Source: Myxococcales bacterium
GTDB taxonomy: Bacteria; Myxococcota_A; Polyangia; Palsa-1104; JAEUJZ01
Direction of reading: 5' to 3'
DNA length: 64,000 nt
Assembly: GCA_016794365.1 (NCBI GenBank)
Contig: JAEUKB010000025.1
Coordinates: forward strand, 52,693 to 116,692
Position numbers and translations under genes: made by a program. Below the pieces are notes generated by a model that was given only the letters and a program-made list of their open reading frames with translations, was not told where the DNA came from and ran no database searches. Below are positions 18,359-28,468 of the stretch, piece by piece. The stretch's first letter is position 1, and every line of letters begins with the position of its first letter.

Positions 18359-19675
18359 CTACGCTAACACCTTTAACCGGCGGCGGGGCAGGGAAGCATC
18401 GTCGGAGGACGCGGAAGCGGCGCGGTAGTCGATGACGCGGGGACACTCGGGATCAGGGTCACTGCCGCTGCCGCTGGAATGGACGGAGACCACTCGGCAG
18501 CCGCCGCGACACAGCGATAGGTAGGAGCAGCTTCGGCAGGGCTCCTGGGCGTGCTGGTGATCGCGAAACGGGGCAAAGGCCTGCGGCTCGGCGAAGTAGC
18601 GACGCAAGTCGGTGACTGGGTGATGGGTTGGATGGGCAAACGAACAGGCCGACAGTCGTCCGTCTGCGCGCGTTGCCGCCAGCATGTCGCCCCCTGCGCA
18701 GCCGTAGATCGAAAGAAAGCGCAGCAGTCGATCGTCGAGCTGGTGATGCGCCACAAACGGCACCATAGAGCAGTCGAGACGGACGCGCAGGCGATGGCGC
18801 TTGCCAAGAGCCAGCACGGTGGGCAGCAAGGTGCGGTGCTGCTGGTCGGTACAGCGCAGGGACTGATAGGTGTCCGCGCGCGCGCCTCGGCCCGCAGGCT
18901 TGAGCCGTAGCAGCTCGACTTCGCGCAGGCCGGTGCGATGGGCGTAGGCAAACAGCTCGGGCAGGTGCGGCAAGCCGATACGGGTGACGACGGTGTTGAT
19001 GCCGACATCGGGGAAGGCGCGGAGCAGCGAGCGGATGGCATGGTCGGCCTGGGCAAAGCCCGCGATGCCGCGCACCTGGGTGTATATGTCACCGATGCCA
19101 TCGACGCTGACGTTGACTTGACCGAACAGACCCCGCCGGGCCAGGGCGCAGAGTCGATCGAGGGTGGCTTGGTCGTAGAGTCCGCTGGTGGTCAGGTTGG
19201 GAATGATGCCGCGCTGCCAGCAGTGGGTGAGCAGTTCTCCGAGCCAAGGAAGGTGCGCACTCTCGCCGCCACCGAGCGCAACGTGAAAGACGCCCGCCTC
19301 GGACAGCTCGTCGATGGCGCGGCACCACTGCGAAAGTCCCCACTCGCTGGGCGCACCCTGGGGAGACGCGCCGGTGTAACAGGTTGCGCAGCCAGCCTCG
19401 CAGCGATTGGTTAGCTGGAGATGGACTTCGAGCGGGGCCGACAGCGGCACGGCGGCTTCGAGCGCGGGGGCTGGGTCATCCCACAGGCCGGGCGGCGGCT
19501 GATCGTAGCCAAGCCCTCGGGCTCTATCGCGATCCACGAAGACCAGCGCCTGCGGCCAGCCGTAGCGACCGCCAAGCTGGGCGATCCCGCCGAAGCGCTC
19601 ATAACGAAAAGCGCGCGGCGCCGGGAGGTTGCGACGACTTCGCCATCTGGTCCACGCGGCAAACACGGGCCGCAT
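18359..19675 (-). CDS. radical SAM / SPASM domain protein (peptide-maturase-like)
   Basis: CEAGCATCY CxxxCxxC cluster; C-terminal Cys-rich SPASM-like segment (CAGGD...C.F.....CRSCSYLSLCRGGC). Confidence 0.8.
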   Translation of the reverse strand: MRPVFAAWTRWRSRRNLPAPRAFRYERFGGIAQLGGRYGWPQALVFVDRDRARGLGYDQPPPGLWDDPAPALEAAVPLSAPLEVHLQLTNRCEAGCATCYTGASPQGAPSEWGLSQWCRAIDELSEAGVFHVALGGGESAHLPWLGELLTHCWQRGIIPNLTTSGLYDQATLDRLCALARRGLFGQVNVSVDGIGDIYTQVRGIAGFAQADHAIRSLLRAFPDVGINTVVTRIGLPHLPELFAYAHRTGLREVELLRLKPAGRGARADTYQSLRCTDQQHRTLLPTVLALGKRHRLRVRLDCSMVPFVAHHQLDDRLLRFLSIYGCAGGDMLAATRADGRLSACSFAHPTHHPVTDLRRYFAEPQAFAPFRDHQHAQEPCRSCSYLSLCRGGCRVVSVHSSGSGSDPDPECPRVIDYRAASASSDDASLPRRRLKVLA

Positions 19676-19684
19676 AGTAGCTGA

Positions 19685-21145
19685 CTATTCCTTGGCTGCG
19701 ACAGGTGCGCGTGCGGTCTGCCAGTCTTTGAATGCTTTGTAGTCTTCGCCGACTTGCTTGGCATAAAAAAAGGCAATCTGACGGACTCTGGCCAGGAAGG
19801 CTTGGCGCTGCTTGTCGGTTGCGACCTTGGCCAGCACTTCCTTTTCCAGCTCGTAGGGAATGAGCGGGCTGCTGTCTTGATCGGCTCTGGCGTGGGCGGT
19901 TGCGAGCACTGCGCCCCACTGCTGCACGAGTGGCAGCGCGCGCTGTGGATTGGCGATGTTGCTCAGCTCAAAGGCACTCCGCACCGGGGTCCGCTCGCGC
20001 ACAAAGAAGCGCTCTCCCTGCAAGGACAGAGAGCCAAGGTGTTCGTCGCTGCGATAGCCCATGGCGCGATATCCGAGGACCACCCGTAGCGCATGATCTC
20101 CACCGATTTGATTGAGCAGCTGATCGCGGATCGTCGGGTCCATGTACTGCCAGCCAGCCGGCGCAGACTGCGCTTTGATGTCGAGGATGCGATCGTCATC
20201 CTGACTGGCTGATACTCCTTCGATGAGGACAAAGTAGCGAGTGACGCCGAGCGAGCCCATGCCACCTTTGGTCTTCTGCGCGACATCTTTGATACGAAAG
20301 TAGCCGGGAATCTGCCGCAGCCGCCCGGTGAGCGTCGCTTGATAGGCAGGCATCGCCGCCTGAATCGCTTGTAGAACCGAGGGAGCGACCTGTTGGACGC
20401 CCTGCTTGTCGTAGTCGAACATCCGCTTTCCCGAAGCGACCGTGGTCATCTTCTTGAGCACGCGGAGGTGTGTCTGTTCAGAGAGCTGCACCATCCAGTC
20501 CGACAGAAAGCTTGGCGTGTTTCCTACAGAGTAGGTGGTGATCAGCTCTCCGACGTTGTCACGATAGCTACGCAGTGTGTTGAGGTAGCTGCTGGCAAAC
20601 GCGTCGATGAGCTGCTCTTGGGTCTTCTGTGGGAGTCCTCCGTTTTCGGAGATCGCAAGCAGAATGCTCACCGCCATGCGCCACAGATCGAGTTGGTAGT
20701 CGGCGATCAGCGTTTCATCGAAGTCATCCAGATCGAATACGACGGTGTTTTGGTTGGTCAGCAGCGCGCTCACATTGTCGCAGTGTGCGTCACCCTGTAG
20801 CCAGACTCGCGTGGTGGGACCGCCGAACGTAGCCAGCAGTGGAGAGCTTCCGTAGTCCGCCCAAAACAGATAGTTGGTGGCGCGGAAGAAGGCGAACATA
20901 GTCTCTGCCATGAGCGTGTACTTTTCCGCGCGGAAGGTCGCGGAAAGACTCGCATTCTTCTGGTTGATCTGGCTGATCACCCAGTCTGCGCGGGGCTCTG
21001 CGGACGCAGAAGAAACGATCGAACAGAGCAGCAATAGCGCTGCGATGGCGAGCTGTTTCGCCCGTTCTTTGCCGACGCTGCTGGCAAAGTTATGTGCTCT
21101 GCCCGCAGGATGCACCGGTACGCTCCCCCGCAAACCACTGCGCAC
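19685..21145 (-). CDS. DUF2252 domain-containing secreted protein
   Basis: Signal peptide; hallmark GDAHCDN...FDLDDFDE motifs of DUF2252. Confidence 0.75.
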   Translation of the reverse strand: MRSGLRGSVPVHPAGRAHNFASSVGKERAKQLAIAALLLLCSIVSSASAEPRADWVISQINQKNASLSATFRAEKYTLMAETMFAFFRATNYLFWADYGSSPLLATFGGPTTRVWLQGDAHCDNVSALLTNQNTVVFDLDDFDETLIADYQLDLWRMAVSILLAISENGGLPQKTQEQLIDAFASSYLNTLRSYRDNVGELITTYSVGNTPSFLSDWMVQLSEQTHLRVLKKMTTVASGKRMFDYDKQGVQQVAPSVLQAIQAAMPAYQATLTGRLRQIPGYFRIKDVAQKTKGGMGSLGVTRYFVLIEGVSASQDDDRILDIKAQSAPAGWQYMDPTIRDQLLNQIGGDHALRVVLGYRAMGYRSDEHLGSLSLQGERFFVRERTPVRSAFELSNIANPQRALPLVQQWGAVLATAHARADQDSSPLIPYELEKEVLAKVATDKQRQAFLARVRQIAFFYAKQVGEDYKAFKDWQTARAPVAAKE

Positions 21146-21195
21146 AAAGAATCATCGTAGCGCAAAAGCCTGCGGTCAGCGCCATTTGTCTCGCG

Positions 21196-21951
21196 TTAGC
21201 GCAGCGCGAACTGCCATAGGAGGAGCGCAGACAAGGATACCATCACCAGTAGGAGTGGGAACAGCAGCCACCTCGTGCGAAGCGAGAGTGCGATGGTGCT
21301 GGTGCTCTGGGAGTCGCTACCACCCAGGACAGAGCTTGGGAGCACCGTGAGTCCTGATCGCTCCGGGATCAGCGCGCTGATGGCCTGGATTTCAGGAATC
21401 TCGCGGAAGCGATCGCGAACCACACCGGCACTGGCGGGTCGCTTGGCGGCTTCACGCTCTAAGAGCTGGCCAAGCAGTGTCTGGAGCGCCGTCGAGATCG
21501 GCTGCTCTAGCGCAAGCGGCGGAACCGTCTCTGTGAAGCGACGATGTAGCAGCGTGGTTCCGTCTTCGCGATCTTCGTAGCGCCTTGCAAACGGAAGCAG
21601 TCCGCACAGAAGTTCATGCAGCAGCAGGCCCAGTGCGTAGACATCCATGCGTGGATCTCCAGGGGCACCATCAAAGCGCTCTGGGGCCATGTACAGCGCT
21701 GTCCCTAGATCTGCGTGACTATCGGTGCGAAGGGAGTCCCCGAGCTTGCCGCTGTGTTCCAAGATCTTGGCGATCCCGAAGTCCACCACCTTGGCTTGCT
21801 CACCATTTTCATCATCTTCCACCAAAAGGACGTTCTCTGGCTTGTGATCAGAAGGAGAAATCTTCGTCGAGAAATGGTGTAGGAATCGCGCCCTTGGGAA
21901 GTCCCCGGGAATGTGCGATATCAGCAGTGAAACAGCAGCGAATCGGCGCAA
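21196..21951 (-). CDS. N-terminally truncated Ser/Thr protein kinase-like protein (C-lobe only) with C-terminal TM helix; likely pseudokinase or gene remnant
   Basis: Has catalytic-loop DHKPENVLL, DFG, APE and DVYALG motifs but no Gly-loop, VAIK or helix-C; upstream space is occupied by the 3' end of the neighbouring gene. Confidence 0.55.
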   Translation of the reverse strand: MRRFAAVSLLISHIPGDFPRARFLHHFSTKISPSDHKPENVLLVEDDENGEQAKVVDFGIAKILEHSGKLGDSLRTDSHADLGTALYMAPERFDGAPGDPRMDVYALGLLLHELLCGLLPFARRYEDREDGTTLLHRRFTETVPPLALEQPISTALQTLLGQLLEREAAKRPASAGVVRDRFREIPEIQAISALIPERSGLTVLPSSVLGGSDSQSTSTIALSLRTRWLLFPLLLVMVSLSALLLWQFALR

Positions 21952-21967
21952 AGGGAGTGAAACAGAG

Positions 21968-23431
21968 TCAGCCTACGACATACGAACAGACACCTGTCCG
22001 CTGGTTGCATAGCGTCGGTGCGCAGCAGTCTGCATTGGAAGTACACGCGCCACACGTTCCACCCTTGCAAGCCTGACCGCCGCAGTCCTGACACTTGCTA
22101 CACATCGTTGGGGTTCCGCCACCACCACCGCTGCTGCCGCCACCGCACTCTTGCGATGCGTTGAGGATCGCAATGTCATGATGAATCGTTACGGCTGCGC
22201 TCGGGTTGAAGCTGTTTACAAAGATGGCTCCAAAGACTTCCAGCGGACCCGCTGTCACCAGCGCAGAGCTGGGCGCATAGATGTTGCCTCCGATCACGCT
22301 GTTGGCCGCCAGGTTGATGTTGCGCGATCCTCCCATGTACAGACGAACGCGCGCCGGGGTGTTCTTGTTGCCAAAGTTTAGTGGAGCCGAGCTGGTCAGT
22401 CCTCCATTGATAAACAGATCCAGCTCTCCGGTGGTGCCGACGTTGACAGAGAAGGCGTCGTTGATGTTGACATCACCACCAATGAACAGCGCAGTCCGTC
22501 CGGTGATGTTCAGCGTCACTTTGCCCTGACCACCGATTCGATTCAGATAGAAGCGACCGCAGGGCAGGTTGATGGTCTGGTCCCCGCTGTAGTTGGCCAA
22601 GCGATTGGAATCGAGCGCAATGGCTGAATTGTCGTTGCTCTGGCTGCGCGCGCTGACATATCCCGCGATATCGAAGATGCTGCTGGCTGCGCAGTCACAA
22701 GGAGGCGCAACCGTCACGGGCGCACGCACAATCGATCCAATCGACTGACTGGATGCAGACAGCGTCCGCGTGGCTGGATACGTGAGAGATCCCGCAATCT
22801 TCAGGGCTCCGTTGCACTTCACATCGCCAGCGATCTGCGCGTTCTTTCCAACCGTGACAGAGCTGTTGGCAGACAGCGTATCGTTCATCAGCAGATCGGT
22901 TCCGACCAGCAGATCGTTGACGACCACACCCGCAGCAACTTGCAGGCTCCCGCCCACCGAAAACTTGTTGCTGACGTTGATGTTGGAGTTCATTCCTGCC
23001 GATCCACCGTTTCCAAACGTCGTCGCTCCGGTGGCGCTGCTATCAAACGCATCGATCGTCATGGCAGAGCTGGCAGCGAGCCCATTACATACACACAGAC
23101 CGTAACGGAATGCTGTGGCGGCCACTTGTCCGGTGCAGCGAGCCGCGCTTCCGCTGGCATCACTCACCACAATGGGAGGCCCCTTTCCGCTACAGTACGC
23201 GGCCTGGTCGCCGCCGTCTCCTGCACTACTTCCGCCATCGCTGCCGCCACCGCCGCTTCCTGCGTCATCGGTGAAGCCGCCTTGGGATGTGTCTCCACCA
23301 TCTGTGTCCATTCCGCCAACACTGCTGCCATTGCAGCCATGTACGAACGCGCCGAGGAGGACGCCGCAAAGGAGTGTGTGGAGGACTGGGTTACGTGTCA
23401 CGGTGTATCGCTTGTGTTTGGTGTATTCCAT
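21968..23431 (-). CDS. secreted lipoprotein with beta-helix-like repeats and C-terminal myxobacterial-type Cys-rich domain
   Basis: Lipoprotein signal (LLGAFVHGC), Gly/Ser/Asp-rich linker, repetitive G/N/V-rich beta-strand repeats, C-terminal CSKCQDCGGQACKGGTCGAC...CC..LC Cys-rich module. Start set at M63 (signal peptide). Confidence 0.6.
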   Translation of the reverse strand: MEYTKHKRYTVTRNPVLHTLLCGVLLGAFVHGCNGSSVGGMDTDGGDTSQGGFTDDAGSGGGGSDGGSSAGDGGDQAAYCSGKGPPIVVSDASGSAARCTGQVAATAFRYGLCVCNGLAASSAMTIDAFDSSATGATTFGNGGSAGMNSNINVSNKFSVGGSLQVAAGVVVNDLLVGTDLLMNDTLSANSSVTVGKNAQIAGDVKCNGALKIAGSLTYPATRTLSASSQSIGSIVRAPVTVAPPCDCAASSIFDIAGYVSARSQSNDNSAIALDSNRLANYSGDQTINLPCGRFYLNRIGGQGKVTLNITGRTALFIGGDVNINDAFSVNVGTTGELDLFINGGLTSSAPLNFGNKNTPARVRLYMGGSRNINLAANSVIGGNIYAPSSALVTAGPLEVFGAIFVNSFNPSAAVTIHHDIAILNASQECGGGSSGGGGGTPTMCSKCQDCGGQACKGGTCGACTSNADCCAPTLCNQRTGVCSYVVG

Positions 23432-23771
23432 GCGATGGATCGTACAATGCACGGACTCCCTAGAAAAGCGCATCTCCGACGGTGAATTGATCCACAAAGA
23501 GCTACGCGAAGTTAGCGACAGTCCGTAGGAATCCAGTTCACATGCAGCACCTCTGATGTGACACAGCGCACAACCTGACCGCGATTCCCAAGCAACGACA
23601 TGGCCCGATCTGCGCACCTATCGTGACATCTCGGACATGCGATGCATGTGCTTCTGTGCGACGGAACGCTGCCGGATCGTACGACCACCGCTTCCCTTTC
23701 CATTGTCGCGCTGGATATGATGAAGGTGCTGCTCTTGCGAAAGCTTTGTCTGCAAGAGAAAGGGTGCGGCC

Positions 23772-24848
23772 ATGGATATTGATGCTCACCATGCGGGAAC
23801 GTATGTGGTTGCGCGGCTTGCAGGAATCAGCCATCGCGACGCGGAAGTGATTGCTTATGCATCGCAGTACGTAGACGATGCCACGAACGAAGGAGTCATT
23901 CGCTTCGACAACGGTGCGATGTATCGACGCATCTGTTCTGCGCACAAGATGCTGGACTATCGCAACACTGAATCACTCGCCAGTGCCAGAGTCTGGGTTC
24001 CGTTTCACTTCCTTCCTGGCAACGGCGGACTCCCAGCCGGACAAGATCCACCGAGCAGCGGATCGCAGGGACTCATCGAAAAGATGATCTGTCGCGCTGA
24101 CAGTCCAGTGGCGCAAGACATGGTTCGCGATGCGATCCTTGCGCATGACTCTCCGTATGCGCTGCATCGCTTGGGAATCACCGCGCACGTCTATGTGGAC
24201 ACCTGGGCACATCAAGGCTTTAGCGGCACAAACCATGAATGGAATCGCGCCAGCGATCTGATCGGAGCCGATGGCTCTCCCGATGTCTCGATGATGTCGC
24301 GGCTGAAGGGCTTCTTCATCAGCAGCTCGTGGCCGCTTGGACATGGGGCTGTGCTGGGACATCCTGACCGCCCCTATCTGATCTGGGGATACGTCAATGG
24401 ACGTGGAGAAAAGGTGCTGCGTCACAATCCGCAGGACTACCTTGCCGCGTTCGATGCCATGTGTCGGATGTTCCGCCGCTTCCTGCTGCGCAGTCCTGAT
24501 GCAGACGTACCCGGACTGCAAGATCCAGATCGTACGCTCATCGCCGCGCTGTTCCGAACCCTGACCGATCCGAGCGGAGAAGTTCGGCACAAGCAGTGGC
24601 TGGATGCGCTGTCACAAGGGCACTTCAGCTTCGGAAAAGTGAACCTAACCTATCAGGCCAAAGGGGAAGGTTCCTGGAAACATCACGCGCTCAAGACCGT
24701 CAAAGAAGTCGATGACGAAGACGATGTCTTTCCCTTTCATCCAGACTTCGTACGCAGCAACTGGAAGCGGTTTCACGACGCGCTCTTGCGTCATCAGTTT
24801 CACGTTGTTCATGAGATCCTGCCGCGCTACGGAATCTGCACTGCGTAA
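23772..24848 (+). CDS. hypothetical protein (His-rich motifs; possibly a zinc-dependent phospholipase C/nuclease-like fold, unverified)
   Basis: 358 aa, no TM; several conserved-looking His/Asp clusters (DAHHAGTY, HVYVDTWAHQGF, GHGAVLGHPD). Confidence 0.45.
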   Translation: MDIDAHHAGTYVVARLAGISHRDAEVIAYASQYVDDATNEGVIRFDNGAMYRRICSAHKMLDYRNTESLASARVWVPFHFLPGNGGLPAGQDPPSSGSQGLIEKMICRADSPVAQDMVRDAILAHDSPYALHRLGITAHVYVDTWAHQGFSGTNHEWNRASDLIGADGSPDVSMMSRLKGFFISSSWPLGHGAVLGHPDRPYLIWGYVNGRGEKVLRHNPQDYLAAFDAMCRMFRRFLLRSPDADVPGLQDPDRTLIAALFRTLTDPSGEVRHKQWLDALSQGHFSFGKVNLTYQAKGEGSWKHHALKTVKEVDDEDDVFPFHPDFVRSNWKRFHDALLRHQFHVVHEILPRYGICTA

Positions 24849-24945
24849 TTCCCAAGGCCACCACTACGCTTCCTTTCGCGGTGTGCGATCTCTGTTTCGC
24901 GCGGCGTGGCCCTGGTGCTAGAGTATTCCGTCGCGGAAGCTCATC

Positions 24946-26139
24946 ATGAACGCACACGATGACGGCGGGGACCGCAAGCCCGAAACGCTGAGCCTTGATC
25001 TACGACTTGCGGCGCTTGAGGACTCACCGATCCCGACGTGGGTGATCGATTCGCGAACGATTCGCATCTTGTGGGCCAATGAGCGTGCGCTCGCGCTGTG
25101 GAACGCTTCCAGCAAACAGGAGCTGCTTGCGCGAGTGATTGAGCCGATTCCTGATGCAGTACGGACTCGACTCGATGCCTCGTTTGATAAGCTCCGCAAC
25201 GGACAGAGTCACGCAGAGGAATGGACGCTGTATCCAAGAAGCGTTCCGCATGTCGTGATGCTGCACTTTTCCGCGCTGTATCTGCCAGATGGACACTTGG
25301 TCGCTCTACAGCAAGCGATTCCGCAAGACTCCGTTGATCCACAGACACTGCGCGCAGCGGAAGCGCTGCACCATACTTCAGCAGTGGTTGCGTTTGTGCG
25401 CTTCGATGGAGAGCTGATGCAGCAAAACCCAGCAGCGCTCAAGACGTTTGGGCGCTCGGCGAAGCGCTGGACAGACTGGCTGCGTCATTCCGCAGAAGGA
25501 GTGTCTCTGTTAGAAGCTGTGGCGCGCGATGAAGCGGTGGAAGCAGAGCTGGCGTTTCAAACCCAGCACGGCATACGCTGGCACAAGGTCGAGATGCATC
25601 GTGTCCGGGATGCAGTGACTGGAGAGCTGGTGGCCCTGATTCACCAGACCGATGTGTCGGAGCGGCAGCAAGCAGAAGCAGAGCTCCTGAGCCAGTCCAA
25701 GCTGATGCATGAGCTAGAAGAAGCGCTGTCGCTTCTGGATGAACAGCGTCGTGACATCCTGTCTCTGTCGGCTCCGATTCTGGAAGTGGGAAGTGATACC
25801 TTGGCGCTGCCGCTCATTGGAACGCTCGATCAAGGTCGCTTCGGAGAGATTGCCTCGCGGCTCCTTCATCAGATCAGTCACAACAGAGCCGCGCGCGTGA
25901 TTGTGGATCTGACGGGCGCTTCGATGATGGCAGCATCGAGCGCACTGCACCTCCGTCGCTTGATAAATGCAGTGCAGCTACTCGGCGCTCATGTGATCCT
26001 CACCGGGATCAGCGCGCAGCTGGCCCAGTCTTTACAGCAAGCGGACTGTGATCTGCGCGGCGTTTCCATCTATCGCACGCTGGCCGAAGCAATCCGTCAG
26101 CACAGCACGCAGCCACAGCCGCTACGGACGAAGTCCTAA
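24946..26139 (+). CDS. PAS domain(s) + STAS domain protein (RsbR-like / anti-sigma-factor-antagonist-like)
   Basis: Two PAS-like segments followed by a C-terminal STAS domain (SAPILEVGSDTLALPLIGTLD...VIVDLTGAS...HVILTGIS). Confidence 0.75.
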   Translation: MNAHDDGGDRKPETLSLDLRLAALEDSPIPTWVIDSRTIRILWANERALALWNASSKQELLARVIEPIPDAVRTRLDASFDKLRNGQSHAEEWTLYPRSVPHVVMLHFSALYLPDGHLVALQQAIPQDSVDPQTLRAAEALHHTSAVVAFVRFDGELMQQNPAALKTFGRSAKRWTDWLRHSAEGVSLLEAVARDEAVEAELAFQTQHGIRWHKVEMHRVRDAVTGELVALIHQTDVSERQQAEAELLSQSKLMHELEEALSLLDEQRRDILSLSAPILEVGSDTLALPLIGTLDQGRFGEIASRLLHQISHNRAARVIVDLTGASMMAASSALHLRRLINAVQLLGAHVILTGISAQLAQSLQQADCDLRGVSIYRTLAEAIRQHSTQPQPLRTKS

Positions 26140-27537
26140 GCAGGCAAACAGCCACAAGAGCAGGGTCAGGAGTCGCAGCCGGATGCCTTCCCACAGCGCA
26201 GTCTGGGTTGCGAGCGGCTGAGACTCGGGCAGACTCCACAGCCACGCAAAGTGCGAGGCAAACGCCGACACCACCTGCGTAGACTCTGTTTCAATGTCGG
26301 TTTCCAGATACGCACCACAGAACGAGTTCGGGGTGAAGTTGGCTTGGCCTCCGATAAGACGCGGCCTACGTCCCTGCTTCGCAATGGTCTTGAGATGCAT
26401 CATCTGACCGTGCCGCGAGGAATGAATGCGTACCTGGAAGCGGTCGGCAAAGCGTAGCTGCAAGTCCTTTGCATCTACGAGCACAAGATGATTCACCAAG
26501 TGCTGGGTCAGCCAGGCCGGAATCGCTGGCAGTGGCAGCGCAGCAAGAGAGTCCCACAGCACCCGCACAGACACCCCGCGCAGCAAGGCTTGTTCGAGCT
26601 GCGCAAGCAGTCCGCGATCTGAAAAATACGCGGTCGCGATCAGCACTTCTTCCCCTGCTTCTGCATCATCGATCAGCGCGCAGATCCGATCGCGAATCTG
26701 CTTGGTATCAAGCAGCTGGCAGTGCGGATCCGGGGTCAGCGCAGTCAGTGCATGCGGTACGTCTTCCCAAGGAATCGGATAGTCAGCGATCGGAATTTTG
26801 CGCGGACAGAGTACTTCGTGATTGATTCCTACCGTCGCTGATACGTCTTCCTGTAGGAGCCGCTGGAGCTGCTCCCGGTCCCCTTCCTTCCAGGTGTATG
26901 GAAGCTCGATCGCGGCTTGCAGTGCTCGGATCGCGGTCTGCCATAGCTTGTGCGCGACATCACCCACCAGCCAGAACATGTTTTCATGCCAGTCGTACGC
27001 GGGATCAAAGAAGTTGTGGCTGGTGACAAGTCCAGCGCGACCGCCATCAATCACCAAGTTCTTGCGATGATCTTCGACATTGTGCAGTGACTGCCAGCGA
27101 TTCTGCTGCGCAACGAAGTCCTGAGCAGACACTTTGTGATGATGCAGATGGAAGTTCATCGCAGGCAGCAGCCGACGATGTCGCGCAAACTCTACTTGAA
27201 ACAGATTTGCATGTAGGACGATCACGCCAGCGTCTTCTAGCTGCTTGCGAACCAGCTCTCCCTTGCGTCGTGTTCGCTGCGGATTGTCTGGCGTGTTGGT
27301 GTCCAAGATCACCACGATGATGACCTGGGGATCGCGCCGCTTTTTGTCGCGCAGCCAGCGTGCCACCGTATGTGCGTACGGAAACGAGCCTTCGCGCGGC
27401 AGAAGCAGCGTCTGATCCCCGCTGGCAGCAAACAGATACATCTGCAAGATGATGCTGTGCTGCGCCGCAAAGATGAGCTGATAGACCGCTGACAAGAGCG
27501 CGTGTCGATCACCCAGATAGCCAAGCTGCGAAGTCAT
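26122..27537 (-). CDS. phospholipase D-like (HKD superfamily) protein with C-terminal TM anchor
   Basis: First HKD motif HHKVSAQD; degenerate second motif HLKTIAKQ...GGQANFT; last gene of a 4-gene operon. Confidence 0.55.
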   Translation of the reverse strand: MTSQLGYLGDRHALLSAVYQLIFAAQHSIILQMYLFAASGDQTLLLPREGSFPYAHTVARWLRDKKRRDPQVIIVVILDTNTPDNPQRTRRKGELVRKQLEDAGVIVLHANLFQVEFARHRRLLPAMNFHLHHHKVSAQDFVAQQNRWQSLHNVEDHRKNLVIDGGRAGLVTSHNFFDPAYDWHENMFWLVGDVAHKLWQTAIRALQAAIELPYTWKEGDREQLQRLLQEDVSATVGINHEVLCPRKIPIADYPIPWEDVPHALTALTPDPHCQLLDTKQIRDRICALIDDAEAGEEVLIATAYFSDRGLLAQLEQALLRGVSVRVLWDSLAALPLPAIPAWLTQHLVNHLVLVDAKDLQLRFADRFQVRIHSSRHGQMMHLKTIAKQGRRPRLIGGQANFTPNSFCGAYLETDIETESTQVVSAFASHFAWLWSLPESQPLATQTALWEGIRLRLLTLLLWLFACLGLRP

Positions 27538-27562
27538 CGCGAGTGGTTCGCAATGCGCGTGG

Positions 27563-28468
27563 TTAGGAAGCGGAAGGAAGCTGCTGCCGCAAGAGCGTGG
27601 CCAGCAGAGATCCCAGCGCCACAGGAGACTTTTCTATCTTCGCAGCAAAGCTCTGGATTCCCAGCCGATCGGACTGACTGGGTCCGCGATGAAGCAGGCG
27701 ATGTTTCTGCGCGGCGGTCAGCTCGCACTCTGTCTCGAAGAGCGCGACGACGTTCTGCCACGCGCTGCGTGCGCGCGCATCCACAAAGGCAAGTAGCGGC
27801 AGCATCAGCAGCGTCTCTGCCATGCTGGTGGTGCGCGGATGATCCTCCCTTCGCTGATGCAGCACGCGCGCATCGATGGCGACATGCGGCTGCTCCTCTT
27901 TGGCGTGTAGACGCATCACTTCAGAAATGATCGGTGCGCACTCCGCAGGCTTTACATCAAGCGCGACCGGAACAAACAGCGTGATCTCTTCAAACAGCCA
28001 GGCCAGCAAAAAAAACGAGCCAACCGGAGACAGCGCCACCGCCAGATCATCATGCAGTCCCCAGCGCAGAAAGCGCAGCCCGGTTGTCGTCGTGGTTTTC
28101 GACGAATACAGATCGGGACGCAGCATACACAGCAGGCGCAAGAACGCATCGGAGTGCGCTTTTTCCTCTGCCACAAAGCGATCCAAGCTGGCGGTAGAGA
28201 TCGCCGTGATATTGCGCCGATTTCGTTCCAAATATTCGATCAGGTATCGCTCAAAGTGGATGAACAGCTCGCAGGTGAAGCAGGCAAACAAGCGATTGAG
28301 TCGCTGTCGTGCCGTCGGGGAAAGTCCCAGGCTTTCGACATCCATGTAGTGCGACTCTGTGATGATCAGCCGATCGGCAGGAATCGGAGTCTGCCAGTCG
28401 AGTCGTTCCCAGCGTCTACGTACAAAGTCAATCAAGCGACCATGGGTTTCACTGCGTTCAGAGAGCAT
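27563..28468 (-). CDS. ferritin-like diiron-carboxylate protein, AurF-like (arylamine N-oxygenase family) candidate
   Basis: ~300 aa with spaced ExxH motifs (EEKAHSD, HAKEEQPH) in predicted helices; overlaps the upstream asnB-like gene by 11 nt. Confidence 0.5.
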   Translation of the reverse strand: MLSERSETHGRLIDFVRRRWERLDWQTPIPADRLIITESHYMDVESLGLSPTARQRLNRLFACFTCELFIHFERYLIEYLERNRRNITAISTASLDRFVAEEKAHSDAFLRLLCMLRPDLYSSKTTTTTGLRFLRWGLHDDLAVALSPVGSFFLLAWLFEEITLFVPVALDVKPAECAPIISEVMRLHAKEEQPHVAIDARVLHQRREDHPRTTSMAETLLMLPLLAFVDARARSAWQNVVALFETECELTAAQKHRLLHRGPSQSDRLGIQSFAAKIEKSPVALGSLLATLLRQQLPSAS

